NCBI RefSeq assembly: GCF_052425735.1
Contig: NC_135763.1
Span: forward strand, 10,292,001-10,356,000
Origin: Oculina patagonica
Taxonomy: Eukaryota
Reading direction: 5' to 3'
Length of the DNA: 64,000 nucleotides
A program made the position numbers and the translations under genes. The first letter of the stretch is position 1; every line of letters begins with the position of its first letter. Of the stretch, positions 36,701 to 49,780 are shown piece after piece. The notes below the pieces were generated by a model. The model saw only the letters and a list, made by a program, of their open reading frames with translations. It was not told where the DNA came from and searched no databases.

Positions 36701-39700
36701 AAAAAAACAAACTTTTAATTGACAGATTTTTTTCATTTTCTGCTAAACGTAGAGAATCAAAATTGATCCATAAAGAAAAAAGTAGGGGAGAGCAAACTAC
36801 AAGCGAAGTTACCACAAAGGCTACCCACCCTATATGTGCTTAAAAAATTTCCTCAGTGCACGCACTCGATGCATGACGTAGCATGACGTTGCAACATGAA
36901 TTATGTGCACAGTAAGGATGCGCATAAACAATTAGCGTGAACGTCCTTAAGTCATTCAATTTTTATATTGCGAGGATTACATCATTCATTTCAATTTTTA
37001 TATTGTAAATTTTTATATTATTGTATATTGTAAAGTGCCATTTATCTCTTACCTAGGTGGTGCTAAACAAATACTTATTATTATCATTATCATTATTTGA
37101 GAGATGTGTTGGCCTAGAAGTTGGCACGATTGTCGCCAGACCGAGTGGCCAGGTTTTGAGCACTGGTCAGGGTTGCTGTATTGTGCTGCTGGGCACCACA
37201 CCTAACTCCCACAGTGCTGCTCTTAAATATGGTGGATAAATTATGGGAAACAGTGATCTGTTAAAGAAATCTGACAAAATGCTGGTGGGAGGACCTGTGA
37301 TGGACTAGCATACCATAATGTCTTCATCATCTGGGCAGAGTGGCAATACTCCTAATCACTTAATGCTACAGTGTACTACAGAGACTGGGATATAAGGTCC
37401 GCCAGTGAGGGCCTGTAGCTTAAGTATGACCTTTCCTTAAGCTTTCCAGTCATTGAGAGTCCCATACTTAACAGACAGAATGATTTTTGCAGGACAATGT
37501 GGTTTTCCCCACACAGAACTGAAGCTGTTGTGATTTAAATTTATCTCTGATTTAAAAGGTTTCAAACTGGTTTGTTTTTTTATATTATTTTCATTGTTTC
37601 ATATTGACTATCACAAACAAAACCATAGGGAAATGAATTAAAATAAAACTGGCTTGGAAAGTGTTAAACTTTAAATAAATAAAAAAAACACATAGTTACC
37701 TTATCCCAACTTAAATCTGTATGCCTCACAGAGCTGGTTTCATTTGTATGAGGCATGGCTTTCTTTTCAACTACAGTTTAGTACAAATCTATCTTAGTTT
37801 GCAAACATAATTGAGTTAAGTGTACCTCAAAACCAAAGTTGTAACACAAGTGCATTGTCTCTGTGTAGGTTTGATAAACCATGGCCTTTTCTGTTTCCTC
37901 CATCTCAAACATGCTGTCAAGATCCAAGTTCTCGTCAACTCTTTCAACAGCGCTGACAATTTTTTCACGAAGAGTGAGGCATGCATCCTACAAAAGGAAA
38001 TGAAGCTTAGCTGCTATGGTCACAACATAAATGTGCCAAAAAATACTAATAATAGTGCAATTTAGGCTATGCAAAACATGAGACAATGCTGGACAGCAGA
38101 ATGCTTAGCTGGATGGTATTGGAGTCTTTCCCCAACCACCCCAACACTATTTGTGGCAATAGACATGTTGTGATGAGATCGACAGGGCATGATTTCCAAA
38201 TGGTTTGACAACTCTTCACACTGTCAAACTGCCAGCAAGTGACACACTTTCATTGTATCAACAGATCCACATAGTTGTTGATCAATACAGGATTGAACAC
38301 ACTTACAAAATTTAGCGTTTGACAAAATTCTACAAACGCAATCTTGAACATAACCTGTTTACACTGGTTTTTAGACCATTTAAATAGGCCGAGGAAGAGT
38401 TAAGAAACAAAAAGACAAACCTGCAATTCATCAAGAGCTTCAGCAATGGCCTGATGGCTTGAGGTTCTTTGCTTGACAATGCTGACTGATAAACTCATGC
38501 TCTCCAGAAACAGTTTACGTTGAACATCCAACTCCTTGGAGTTCTGCACCACCAATATCATACCCCCGACCTGAAATAAAAATAAAAATAAAAATTAACA
38601 GATATCAGGTACTTGTATTTGATTATAATCAGGCAACCATTCCTACAAAATAACACAAGCCATAATTTTGTGCCATGTATTTCAATGTGGGGTTGATCCA
38701 CTCCCAAAGACCAAAGCAATGGGTGGAAGAGGGGGGGGAGGTAGGGCAAATCCCTCCAGGGAGGGGATATTTTCTGGAACCACACAATCCAAAATATAAT
38801 ACAATGACACTTTAACGTCGGGACACACTAGGCAACAAGGCACTGCATCATGTCGCGGGGACAAGTTGCTGCAACATGTTGCTTCGTGTGACATGGTGCA
38901 TTTTTGCAACAATCTTTGTCGCTGCGACAGAATTTTGTCACTGCGATCAGTCGCAGGAATTCAAACCAGTTTGAATTTGTGTGATCGCAGCAACAAAATG
39001 AGCGAAAGCAGCGTTGTTGCAGCATGTGCACACTTCTGCGACAAGTCGCTGGGACAAAATATTTTCGCATAATTATTGAATTGAAAAACTAGTTCACATT
39101 CCCACTCCTTCGCATTTGCTGCATGTGCACCGAACAAGTGCCTTGTCGCAGCGACTTGTTTAGAAGCAGTACACACGGAGTGATTTGTTGCAGAGACCTG
39201 TTGCTGCGACTGGTCGCCTTGTGTGTCCCGACTTAATACTCAATGTATTCCTTAGTCCCCCCCCCCCCCATGGGAACAAGGATATAACAAGTCTCTGTCA
39301 TCACCTGTATGTCTGCTAAGCTGATAGCAGTGTCCATTGTTGGGTTGACCACCACCTTCTTGCCGTTCCATGTCACTGGTGTCTCATTCCCGCTTTCTGT
39401 ATCACATGACGGCATGATCAGAAGGTATCCAGAACTGTCACAGACAACTTGGTCGCCAAATTCTTCTTGAACACAGCACGAATTCAAGAGGTGAATGATT
39501 TGACTGTGATAGCAAGGAAACAAGGGAAAGTTACAAAAAAATTAAATTATTTTATCATACACGTACACATTTTTTTAAATGTCACTGTTTTAGTATATAA
39601 TAAAACAACTATTCACCTAAGTGTCAATGACTAGTGGTGAATATTTACCTTGCCACTTAGCGGCACGGTAAATATCCACCACTAGCCACCTCCACTTCAG

Positions 39701-42700
39701 TGAATATTTGTTAAATATTCAAAGAAGGGATGTTATTATAGAACAAAATAATTGTTAATACTAATACCAGCACTGACCATTTCTTCTTAACCATTGTTCT
39801 TGGCAGAAACATAAATAGACCAGCGGTGTGTCTTGCCACAACCTAGAATACAATATTAAAAATGCTGACGTATTCATTAGAATAAGTTTGCTTTAGTTTT
39901 CGCATTTTTTCTGAGCTGTTTAACTCGATCCAAAAACAGACATGCCTATTTTTCGCTGATCACGAGTAAAACCAAACCAGTCAAGACTCGGCTAACACAT
40001 TTTATCCTGCGATTCTTACCAGTTGCATGGTTTTGGTTTTACTTATGATCAGATCATTGTGTTAAATTTCTCAAGCATTGCGATTGGTTTGGTGTGATTG
40101 CAGTGTCAGAAGAAGACATCTCTGATTTACAACTGCACTGTCTGCACACATGTTAATTAACTTTGACAGTTTAATTTAATGATTCAAATCTGTAAGGAAA
40201 ACTACTTAATATTTAAATACTTTAAAAGATTCCACACCTGCACATGTCCGCTAGCCTCTAATCTTGTCAACAGCTCATACAGGGGTACATCAATGCTGAA
40301 CTTTGCAGCATTTTCAAGGTCATTCCGCAGTTTCTTGGTGAAGCCCAGAGCTTTAGAAGCCCTTTCTCTCGCCTCATTAAACAAGTGTTTAAAACCTCGG
40401 CAAGCTTCCAGAACTTTTCGTCTGTCAAAACAAAATCATTCCAAGTAATATAACATAAAATCGGCATCACATGACATAAGAACATAGCAGCCCATTTGAA
40501 TACTGGGGATAGTGACTTTTCAGGGCTTGGTATTGTATGCAAGTGCAAAAAAAGTCAATTCCTTAATGGATAGGTGAGTAAGGGAGTGTGTAAGGTGGAT
40601 ATGCAAACTGGATGTGGGGTATTACAGTTGTAACACTACATTTTGTATTTTAAGATTTCTATGGATCACAGAGAACTTTTCTTTTCCTCAACAGTACTTA
40701 ATAAGCTCATGTGTCTTTTTGACTGGTTTATAAAATTTGTACTGACAAGTTGTCCACCATTTACATGTTAACCATTTTACAAGGCAAAACTGCTTTGACT
40801 AATAGTACTAGTAATAATAATGTTATTAAACTATATTTCCTGTAAATCTATACATAATTTAATAATTATTATTGTCACAAGAAAATGAAAAATGTACCTG
40901 AGATCATCGCTCTGATCAGTGTTATTATGAAGATCAGAACAACTCTGATCCAATTCTGACTCCAGAAAATCACCAGTTGACTCAAGCAAGCCTGAAGCCA
41001 TGACACTGAACCAAGTTTAAAAGTAACAAGTGAATAAATTCAATAAATGTCTTAATTAGAGTTTAAAAATTATACCATCACAACTGCCTAACTGATCAAC
41101 AGATAGGACATAAACAAATAAAGAAAACCAATAAAGATCTATAAACTTTGGTGTAAGTGAAGAACAACTGTCAGCCGACAGGTTATTCTGGGAGCTGTTT
41201 TTCACTTACACCGACTTTCTTATACATTGAGGGGCACTTGTCTATCCTTTTCTCATTGGCTAAGAGCCTACAACTAAGTGTGGAATAAAAACAGTGAAAA
41301 CAAACTGCAAAGAAACTCTGCTTACTCACTATTCTGCTACAAGATTAGTGAATAAATTGTCAAGTTGGCAGGTAATGAGTGATTTCCAGTAGTTCATGCA
41401 CTGTGCCTGGGAATCTTGTTAACACACTCACAACTTAGTAAAGATGTCTTGCTTATGTTTCCCACAATGGTTTGTTAGTGGTTAAATTTTATTTAAAAAA
41501 AGTTTATACAATGCAATTATGATTAGATTAGGTTTTTGTGTAATCAAGGTCCCAGTTAGTGTCCTCAGCCTCAGCCTTTAGCTTCAGCTAAAAACAATTA
41601 CTTCAACATTATTCCAGATATCACAAAACTCCATCAAAATAATAATAACTCTCATTGTTATAATATAATAACCACACACGTGTAAGTGAATTTGTCTTTT
41701 CAAACATGCTGATTGGTTAACTTGGAGGTGATTAGCAAAGTACTATTCACCTCTAAAAAGAAACAAGAAAGAAACAAACTGCCGTCGTGAGTCGTGTGTC
41801 ATAATAAATCATCTTACCAAAATCTTGTCCCACCCTCAACTTCTCCACCTCTAACATGACGACAGTGTTTTTTCACAAAGCTCCATTCCTCTTCAAGAAT
41901 GTTCTTTAGTCCTTTAGATGCCTGGGGAAGCCTCTGAACAAAGTGGATCACATTGTGCAAGTATTCAAAATAAACCTATGACAAAAAATAAGAAACACTT
42001 AATTCTCATTTAATTCTATGAAAAGAAATAGATGCATTTAGTAAGTATTAAAAAAAATTTCATCCCATTAAATGCATGTTCTCAGTGCATTTAACAATCA
42101 CAAGACCACAAGTCTATTTCAACAAAGAAATCTGCTAAGCTACTAATGATATCAGTAGCACAGCTGACTCATAATTACATAATATAAGCAGTTGCTATTG
42201 TTTTGGGGGCTAGGGACATTGCTCCTGCTTGTTCTGTTATTCCAGGGCTGCAGGAGTCAAATGAAATGTAGGGCAGTTGCCCCTCACTTTCTGAGAAAAA
42301 AATTAACTAAAAGGAGATTTATCAGATCTTAGCAGTCGGGAATGTTAAATTTAATTTAGGGTTGATATACATACATATAAGTAACAGAGACACAAAAAAT
42401 GTCATCTCTTCCTTAAATGTGTGTTAGAAAGGTTTTTAAGCTCAGAGGTCTATTAAACTATTTCCTAGAAGTATGAGATGTCACTTGTCTCCACATTGCT
42501 TGCTAATTTTCTCTTTTTAAAAAAAATGGTTTCCAGATGGTTTGAGTGTGACAACAAACTGCCTCGAAAGGTGTCCCAAAATGCACCAAATGACATTAAG
42601 GCATGTTTAGATTTTCAAAACTTTCTGGGGGAGAATGCCCCCAGATTCCCCGATGGAAATGGGTCTCTGGCCCATTTCAATACACCACTATCAGTGCTAA

Positions 42701-45700
42701 CTCATTTCAAAATTCGTTCACTTCATTTACGGGCATGTATTCTCTAGAAGGGTAGCAAGCCATAATTTTATATGTTGCCTTGTGAGAGCTGCTTCCTAAC
42801 CCAGTGATATCAGGAGTGAAAAACAATTTTGATGATACACACAAACAAGTAGTAAAAAAATATATCAATTGGCAAATACCTGAAGCAAACTCTGAAGATC
42901 CTGTTCAAACCCTTCAATGTCACTTTCGGTGTTTTCCTTGCTCACCTCTTCCGAGTTCACAATTCCATCCACAAGGTCAAGGTAATAGTCTTTGACAAGA
43001 ACTCCACCTAACAGTACATCCTTACACTCTCGTAACAGCTGTGTACAGATGCAAAAGAAATTATAAATGTCGCTTATTGTGCAAGTAAGCAGTGACAGAT
43101 CCAGGGGGGGGGGGGATTATCCAGACCCTGGTTGGCCTGCTCTCGAAAATAATTTTTCACGGCCCTACGGGCCTCTATCTGGCCTAATAATAAGGTGGGG
43201 ACCTGCCCCCCCCAGACCCCTCCCCTAGATCTGTCACTGGTAAGTGAGGGGGACAACAAGCGGAGAAAGGGGGGGAGGGGAGGGGAGGTGGGAGAAGAGG
43301 GGGAAGGGCCGGTGGGACGGGAGAGAATGACATTAGGTATATCAATGGACGAGCACAAAAAGGGGGAAACCACTGAAAAGGGTCAGGAACGGGAGTGGAC
43401 GAAGCGGAGGCAGACCACCTGCAAAGCCCCCCCCCCCCACCTTCCCAACCTCCACAAGTAACAGCCAGCTCAGTGTGGATTTACAAAATCAACCTTCTAC
43501 ATGAACAATAGTGGCAGCCCAATACAGTAAGCACCAGGGGAGCAGGGGTGGTGCAGTGGTGAGAGTGCTAGCCTCCCACCAATGTGGCCTGGGTTCGATT
43601 TTAGCCTGGTGCCATATGTGGGTTGAGTTTGTTGTTGGTTTGGATGCAGTTGATAATGAAACTTACAAAAGTAAAGGTAGACTTCTATGGTTAGCACTGG
43701 AAAGGGAAGGGATAAAGTTTCATTGCAACAGAACTGTCCCCACAGAGGTTGACCACAGCACAAAAGGAACCCATCACTAATCAGCTAATAAAAGCAGTGT
43801 TTCTTTGTCTACCTGTCTCACGCTCAATGATGATGGCTCCCCTTTGGGTCGATGTTGTAACCTTAAACGCAAACATTCATGGACAATGTCCAGTGGAACA
43901 CGTGACAGAAACAGATACAATGAACGGAATGAAGGCAGACCAGTTTTCTTGAACTCATCACTCCAAAACCTTTGTTCAGGATTGTCTTGTCTGCGACACA
44001 TTGTACTATGCGGATGACAGCTACAACAAGGCGATTGTTCACCTCCTTCCCCTTTCAAAAGTGTCTCCAAATAGTTTACAGACCATTGCCGTTGCCCAAA
44101 TGCAACCGGATAACAACAATGGCAGTCATCATCATCGCAGCTACTGCCCGGAAGAACTAACGCTTGTCTAGCTTTCATCACACTAGTGTCCAGAATGTCA
44201 TCTAGCCTCTTTCCGAGTTTAATCAGCCCCATCTTTTTTATGCTATGGTCAACAAATGGTCTGTAACGTGACGTGGAGCTCCACACAAAGTTCGACATGT
44301 TGCTGCTTGTTCTTGAAGGTCTCGATGGAGTGCTGGTTTGAGACTCGTATGAGATTGTTCTAAGTGGTGATGAGGGCGCACTGTTTGATGACCCCTCATT
44401 TTCACCTCTCTCGTTCTGACTGTCCATATTGTCATCATCATAATCGTCGTCGTCATCTTCGTCATTGTCAGACGATGACAAAAACATTGCACCACTGTCA
44501 TCATGGCCCAGATCTGATGCAGGACATACACTTTCTACAGAAAAAAAAATATCCAAGTTATATTGATGAAAAGTTATGTTTTATCAATACAGTAGTGTGG
44601 TAGACAAAGAGCAACAGATTTGTACAAAAGAGTTATCCTAAATTTTGGTGTGAAGATACTGTTATACTAGAGAACATTTCATACAACTTATCTTGCAATT
44701 TTGTTACACACAATCTGAAACGATAAACATTGCCTAGTGTAACAATGCAGGGCTTGAAAAAGTTCCGTCCAGTGTTTTGGGACAAATTCCCGCGGGGCAA
44801 GTAAATTTCATGCACACATGACCAATGGGCAAGGGCCCAGACAAGTTGTCTGTCGACCATAAGAAAAGTAAACAAAGACAAGCATGCAACTGGGGTTACT
44901 GCCCCTGGGGGGGAGGGAGGAACTCCCATATATAGGGACGGGGAGCTCATCGCATGAAAATACCCATATTATGAGACTATCTGGCGTGGCTCAGCGATTT
45001 TAGATCCCTAAAGATACTAAAATTGAAAAGAGTTTATATTAATTGTATTTTCTTCGGTGCAACCCTAAACGAGACCCTGACGGCTAAAAATATTGCCATT
45101 TTGCCCAAAACACCCTAAGTCCGAAATTTATACCCCTAAGCGAGAGACGACGAGCATCCCCGTCCCTTTCATATGGGATTCCTCCACCCAGGTTACTGCC
45201 CGGGCAAGTAACTTAATTTTGAGAGCTGCTTATCCAAAGGACAAGCAGAAATAAAGTTTTTTTCAAGCCCTGAACAGTTACTTAAAATGTGCTTTAATAC
45301 CTAATCTTCCAAGACCAACGTCCAACCAATCATGCCAGGTTTCTACTTCAGCTGCATTTACACCAACAAACTTTGCAATCAAATGTAGTTTGTGGTATAA
45401 CTCCCTTGTCACATTCAACCACAAGCACATTGTTTCAAAGTTTCTTGTGAATTCCTTGCTGGTGTACTTTGGGTTTTGCTCTCCTAAGGACTGACGGGTA
45501 GGGTAAAGGTTTTCCACCCTTTCAACCTTGTCAAAAAGTTCGGTTACTTGATCAATGGCAGCTTTGAGCTGACAGCATGTTCTATCTGGCAGCATTTCTC
45601 TTCCAGGCTTAAAGCCAGCTTCATCAGGGTGAAGTTTCTGGTTCCTTTGACTTAAATCTAAAGACAGCCGGCCTTTTAAGGCTGTATAATTGGTTATATT

Positions 45701-46990
45701 TGTGGCAGGGCCATTGACAAAGCCATCAGTCTCAGGTGAAAACTGTTCATTTGTCTTGGTTACAGAGTCTTCTTTCTTCTGGGAGTTTAATGAATCAAGA
45801 TGTTCTATACGATTACTTTCACAAGAGTTGCGCATTGAAGAATTAACAGGACATGTCAATTGTGCGGATGTGCCTGAATCACTGTCTGTGCGTGTGAAAT
45901 TGTCGTCTTTGCTGTCACTTTTGTTGCTTGCATGTCCTAACAAAAGATCACCATTTCCATCTTGACTGTTTTGATCAACTTTTTCATTAACAATCTGAGT
46001 GTTCACATCCTGCTTCTTGACTTTAAAATTTATGACTTCATCTAACACCTCCTCTACATTAGCACGTGCTCGTATTAAGTAAAGATCTTGTTCTTCCATG
46101 GTTCTGTTAGCATGCCATGCCTGCAGTTCCAGCCACAGTGCTTGTGACAACTCAACCTGATATTTTTTGTTCTCCTCTGAGCTTTGCCTCTCCACTGCAC
46201 TGCCATTAACTCCATACTGCTTCTCTTGTTGTTTATGAGCCAGTGACCCAAGTTTGATCAGCAAAGAAAATGTTCTGTAAAACTCCATTCTTGCCTCTGG
46301 ACAGAACGGATTAAGGTAATTCCGAGATGACAAGCGGGGATCGGATTCTGAGCGAGTAGCTTTTCGATGGCTTCGAGTAACAGTCTCTTTGATGGAAATT
46401 GATTTTGCGCGGACAATACCTGTATTTGTATTCGCACCGTCAGTGGAATCCTCGCAAACGCAGTCCAAGGACATGAATCGACTTGTCGATTCGATCTTGA
46501 TGCTGGGAATTTCTAAGGATTTTGAAGAATCTGCGCCACCTTCAATGCTTACGAATGCAACATCGACACTACCTCTTTTGTACTTTCTCTGGAAAGCTCG
46601 TTCCGTCGTCAGCTGAGTCGAACCTCTTTTCTTCCGCCTTTCTAGCTCCGCTCTTTCGGACGGATTGGGTCCACATTCACGAGTTAATGGGCTCTTTAAA
46701 AATCCTTGCACCTTTTCTTTTTCACGTTTTGACTTTTCTTTCAGCCTTCTAACATTTCTTGGCGGAGTGACTCCGTAAGGGAATCCGTCAGACAGTTCGT
46801 TCTCTGATGACAAATCAACATGTTCCTCTCGTTCGGAGTCAAATTCGGAACCTGAGCCCCTGTCATCTAAACGATTTCGTTCAACCTCTATACTTCCTTG
46901 CTTTTCAAAAAGTTCTGCTGGGTCGATTTCATCGCAAGGAGAGCCAGCAATTTGGTGCAGCTCATCCGAATCGTCGCCCGCCTCCGCCAT
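27714..46990 (-). CDS. MAP3K4: MAP kinase kinase kinase 4 (MEKK4); exons 46990-45301, 44534-43813, 43038-42880, 41975-41818, 41005-40898, 40421-40238, 39842-39778, 39503-39305, 38570-38421, 37987-37826, 36288-36155, 35698-35617, 35410-35332, 34639-34421, 33600-33337, 32490-32420, 32048-31932, 30679-30520, 30166-30044, 29017-28911, 27905-27714
   Basis: Kinase domain reads [72 protein letters not shown]4-type N-terminal blocks include [22 protein letters not shown] and RGTRPRWA. All 20 introns are GT-AG with consistent phases. Start context aaaATGGCG at 46990. Confidence 0.94.
28498..28810. mobile_element. Long-TIR MITE related to the 22950 element, inserted in a tRNA-SINE remnant
   Basis: Almost fully palindromic; 10-bp direct repeat GCTCTGACTT on both sides. 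Confidence 0.85.
29659..29950 (-). mobile_element. CORE-like SINE, full length
   Basis: Reverse complement of the 16471 family. Confidence 0.8.
30745..31429. mobile_element. Degenerate Tc1/mariner-like MITE with a nested TTAA-type fragment (~30790-31097)
   Basis: TA-CAGCCGAACC...GGATCTACTG-TA with GCGGCCA subterminal repeats. Confidence 0.5.
31432..31892. mobile_element. Tc1/mariner-like MITE
   Basis: TIR CAGTAAAAACCCGCGTATAAGAACCTA; TA TSD. Confidence 0.85.
33730..34260 (-). repeat. CORE-like SINE with its central ~100-bp domain tandemly amplified about 4 times
   Basis: Units start near 33854, 33953, 34053 and 34163 (CTGGGTGGAGAGAGGCACTGTGAGAGCTGTGTCTTGC...CTCAAACCATC). Confidence 0.8.
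34655..34959 (-). mobile_element. CORE-like SINE, full length, in the polypyrimidine tract of a MAP3K4 acceptor
   Basis: Family match; flanked by AAAGGGAAAAAA and AAAGGGGAAAAAA (probable TSD). Confidence 0.8.
36314..36946. mobile_element. Non-autonomous TTAA-specific (Kolobok-like) transposon
   Basis: TIR GGACGTTC(G/A)CGC; TTAA TSD. Confidence 0.8.
37100..37432 (+). mobile_element. CORE-like SINE, degenerate
   Basis: Diverged match to the family head, core and tail. Confidence 0.6.
38817..39232. mobile_element. MITE (Harbinger-like)
   Basis: GTCGGGACACAC.AGGC.AC...GTCGCCTTGTGTGTCCCGAC with internal TGTCGC/GCGACA repeats. Confidence 0.7.
43090..43239. mobile_element. Short MITE (hAT-like termini)
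   Basis: TIR CAGTGACAGATC.AGGGG; flanking GTAAG on both sides. Confidence 0.7.
43537..43640 (+). mobile_element. Second tRNA-derived SINE family, head only
   Basis: A box TGGTGCAGTGG and B box GGTTCGATT. Confidence 0.55.
44748..45272. mobile_element. MITE (CAGGGCTTGAAAAA TIR) with a nested element at 44904-45192
   Basis: Outer TIRs are present; the inner element CCTGGG...CCCAGG has an 8-bp TSD TTACTGCC. Confidence 0.75.
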
Positions 46991-48149
46991 TTTGTTTGTG
47001 AACTGCAGTGTTGGGTCCCAGTTCCACAGCGCGAGCTGTACAGCGGGTAAACCCGGTGAACCCGCGGGTAAGCGGGTAAAGTTGCGCCCGCAGGCCCGAA
47101 TGTCAGGCATCTTGATGGGGTTTGCTAGCCTTGTTTTATGTTTTTTCTCCCATTCTTGAAAGTTGACTTCGTAGTCATTTGCAGATACTTGTTAACCGTT
47201 AAAGCACTCATTAATTTGAAAGGTAAAATATTGTAACAGCAGACCACCTCAAGCTTATCAAATGAGATTTGTTGGAAGCTAGATGATGCCAAACTTGATC
47301 ATATACTTCAACCTCAACTTTATTTGTTTTTAAAATGTGAAATGTTGAAGCATGCTTAGTCGCAAAGTTAGATTGAAGTCAAACTGTTGTCAAGCATGTT
47401 TTAGCATTAATTTTGGGAATCTGTGTAGAGCACTCCAACATGTCATCAATTTTGGCCCACCATGTTGGAAAGATGAGGAATCAGGAGCAGAGGCATGGTG
47501 ATTGAACTTAAGGATGGTGTTCCAGAAAAAAAACCATACCGGGTACCTCCCCCACAGAAAGGTTTTTGGTTTGAATTCCGTCCCTCCTGGAAATTCCAGT
47601 ATAGCTTCATATACTTTCCTTAAAACATTATTTTCGGCTTTTGATTCTCTCCACCCCCTCCGAATTTCTAAAATGTGTCTTCAACCACAGATAATTTTCT
47701 ATACCTTATTTTTTTTTACGAAAGTTCACTCAAATATATATTATAACACAAACCTCAGCCTGGAGCTGAGAATATTATATGTAAACTCATTTCTCACTGA
47801 ATTGCTATTTGATATACCGGTATTTTAAAAATAGGTCGACCTCAAGGATACCAGGAATAATTTGCTGACTGTTATGAATATTATTTCATGACAACGTGCA
47901 TGATATTTTAGAGCCTTTAGGTCAAAAAAACTGTGAAGACACTCAATTTATCAGTAAAATTCAATTAAGGAAAATAATGTAATTCAATACACATTCTCAG
48001 GTGCAATATGCCATGGAGCATGACTTAATTCCATGAATTCCTGCATGTCCACTTAATGTGCATGTTTTTGAAGCAAACTGAATGTTTTTGATAAAATTTA
48101 GGTGCCTGAGTCTTGTCTAGTAGTGTACTCATTTTTTTTTTTTTTCATG

Positions 48150-48275
48150 CCCCAGTTGTTCAAAGGGTGGATACACACTATTCACCAGATAAATCAGAGA
48201 AGTAGGTTTTGTAAGACATTTTGGACAGCCATTTATTGGGCGGATAACGTTATCCACCCTTTGAACAACTGGGCC
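48150..48275. mobile_element. MITE (Harbinger-like)
   Basis: CCCAGTTGTTCAAAGGGTGGATA and TATCCACCCTTTGAACAACTGGG. Confidence 0.8.
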
Positions 48276-48502
48276 ATTGTAGATCAATTCAGCTCAGCAA
48301 CAAAACAAGGGCTTTTGAAATAGTTTGTGTGCTTCTATTCGTACTGTCATTTGAACTGATGTCTTCAAAACTTTCCTTTACATTTAAGGGAAGGCGTCCT
48401 TTGGATTTCATTGATCTTACTAAAACTCTAAGACATATTTTAAAAACACTATAGATATGTTATTTCACAATAAAATACTCCCAAGATTTCTTTGAATTGC
48501 AC

Positions 48503-48508
48503 TTTATT
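48503..48508 (-). terminator. Candidate Mos polyadenylation signal AATAAA
   Basis: TTTATT on the + strand at the end of a ~1.3-kb U-rich repeat-free tract; alternatives at 48569-48574 and 49357-49362. Confidence 0.4.
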
Positions 48509-49780
48509 GTACAATTAATATAACTATTAACAAAATAATATTATCTCTGTACACGTCAATATATTCTTTTTATTATTTTACAATGCTATTCTGATTTAAT
48601 TTGACTACAATGAGGTTGTAGCCAGATTATTTCTCTCTCAAATCAATGGATCTTTCACTAGCTTCAAACAATATTTTCTATAAATAAATAATATTTTCTG
48701 TTAAATCTACAATTTGCATCAATAATAAACTATATACAACAATTCAACTTTGCTCATGACTTCAATAATACTACTTACATTTTATACAATATAATAGTGA
48801 CATTCTTTTTAAACATTTTCATTATACAGAACATTTTTTCTGATATTTTGTAGTTTTAACATAGGCAAATTTCTTAAAAATTGACTTGGACCCCTGACAT
48901 AGTAAATTGTAACTAATTTTATGTCTAGCCAGTATAAAAAAGTGAAAAAAAAGTCATAAAAACTTGAAATTACAAAATTAAAAAGAAACCTCCAAAATAC
49001 ACTTCATAAAATACGTGAGGCCAAAAAATTCCATATAAAGATTGCGCCAACTGACAAGAAAAGCACCTAATTGAAGGATTTTTGAATTCAAAAACTCCTG
49101 AAATTAACACAGGATTACACTGTCTGTTTGAAATAAAGAAACACCGATTTTAGGCTCATTACAAGATCTCCCATTTAAAATCTCCATGGGAACTGTAATA
49201 CATTTATCTCGTATTTGTATACACTCTATAAAAAGTCCACTATAAAGGATGAGAAAGCACTTTTCGAGTAATGAACAATTTTTTCAAACCTGAGCCTCCA
49301 GTCACGGAAGTGTAATTTTCGCGTAAAACTTCCAAAACTCAAACTAGTTAAATTTTTTTATTCCGAACTTGATTTCTTTGGAGGAAAAGACCACTTTTTG
49401 CGAATTAAAGGGAAAACGCAGTTCTGGCTCAAGAGAGCAAACTACGTAAATACTTTGTATTGCGCGTAAATGAAATTTGCAAATTTATGCAAATCTGATG
49501 TCGTCGTGACAGCCATGACAAAATACAAAAACATACACGGAATTTCAACACGAAACCGGTCAAATACGTTGACCTTTAAAATTTCTTTCTACATCCGCAA
49601 AGTGAAAAAGTAAAATTCCAAGTTCAAGTTATAATAAATGAGTCAGAATTTTTTTTATGAAAAATAAATAGTAAAATATTGAGGTAAAAGACAATTTTTT
49701 TAAAACTCCTGTTGCGTAACTGTCAAAGTCTACCTACATTCAGGCGGTCCAAGCTTGACTAGATAAGCTGAAACGGCCCC

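Noticed and set aside
46991-47110. 40-aa N-terminal extension of MAP3K4 from ATG 47110
   Set aside because: It runs through GC-rich promoter-like sequence, and ATG 46990 has the strong aaaATGGCG context. It cannot be excluded without TSS data.
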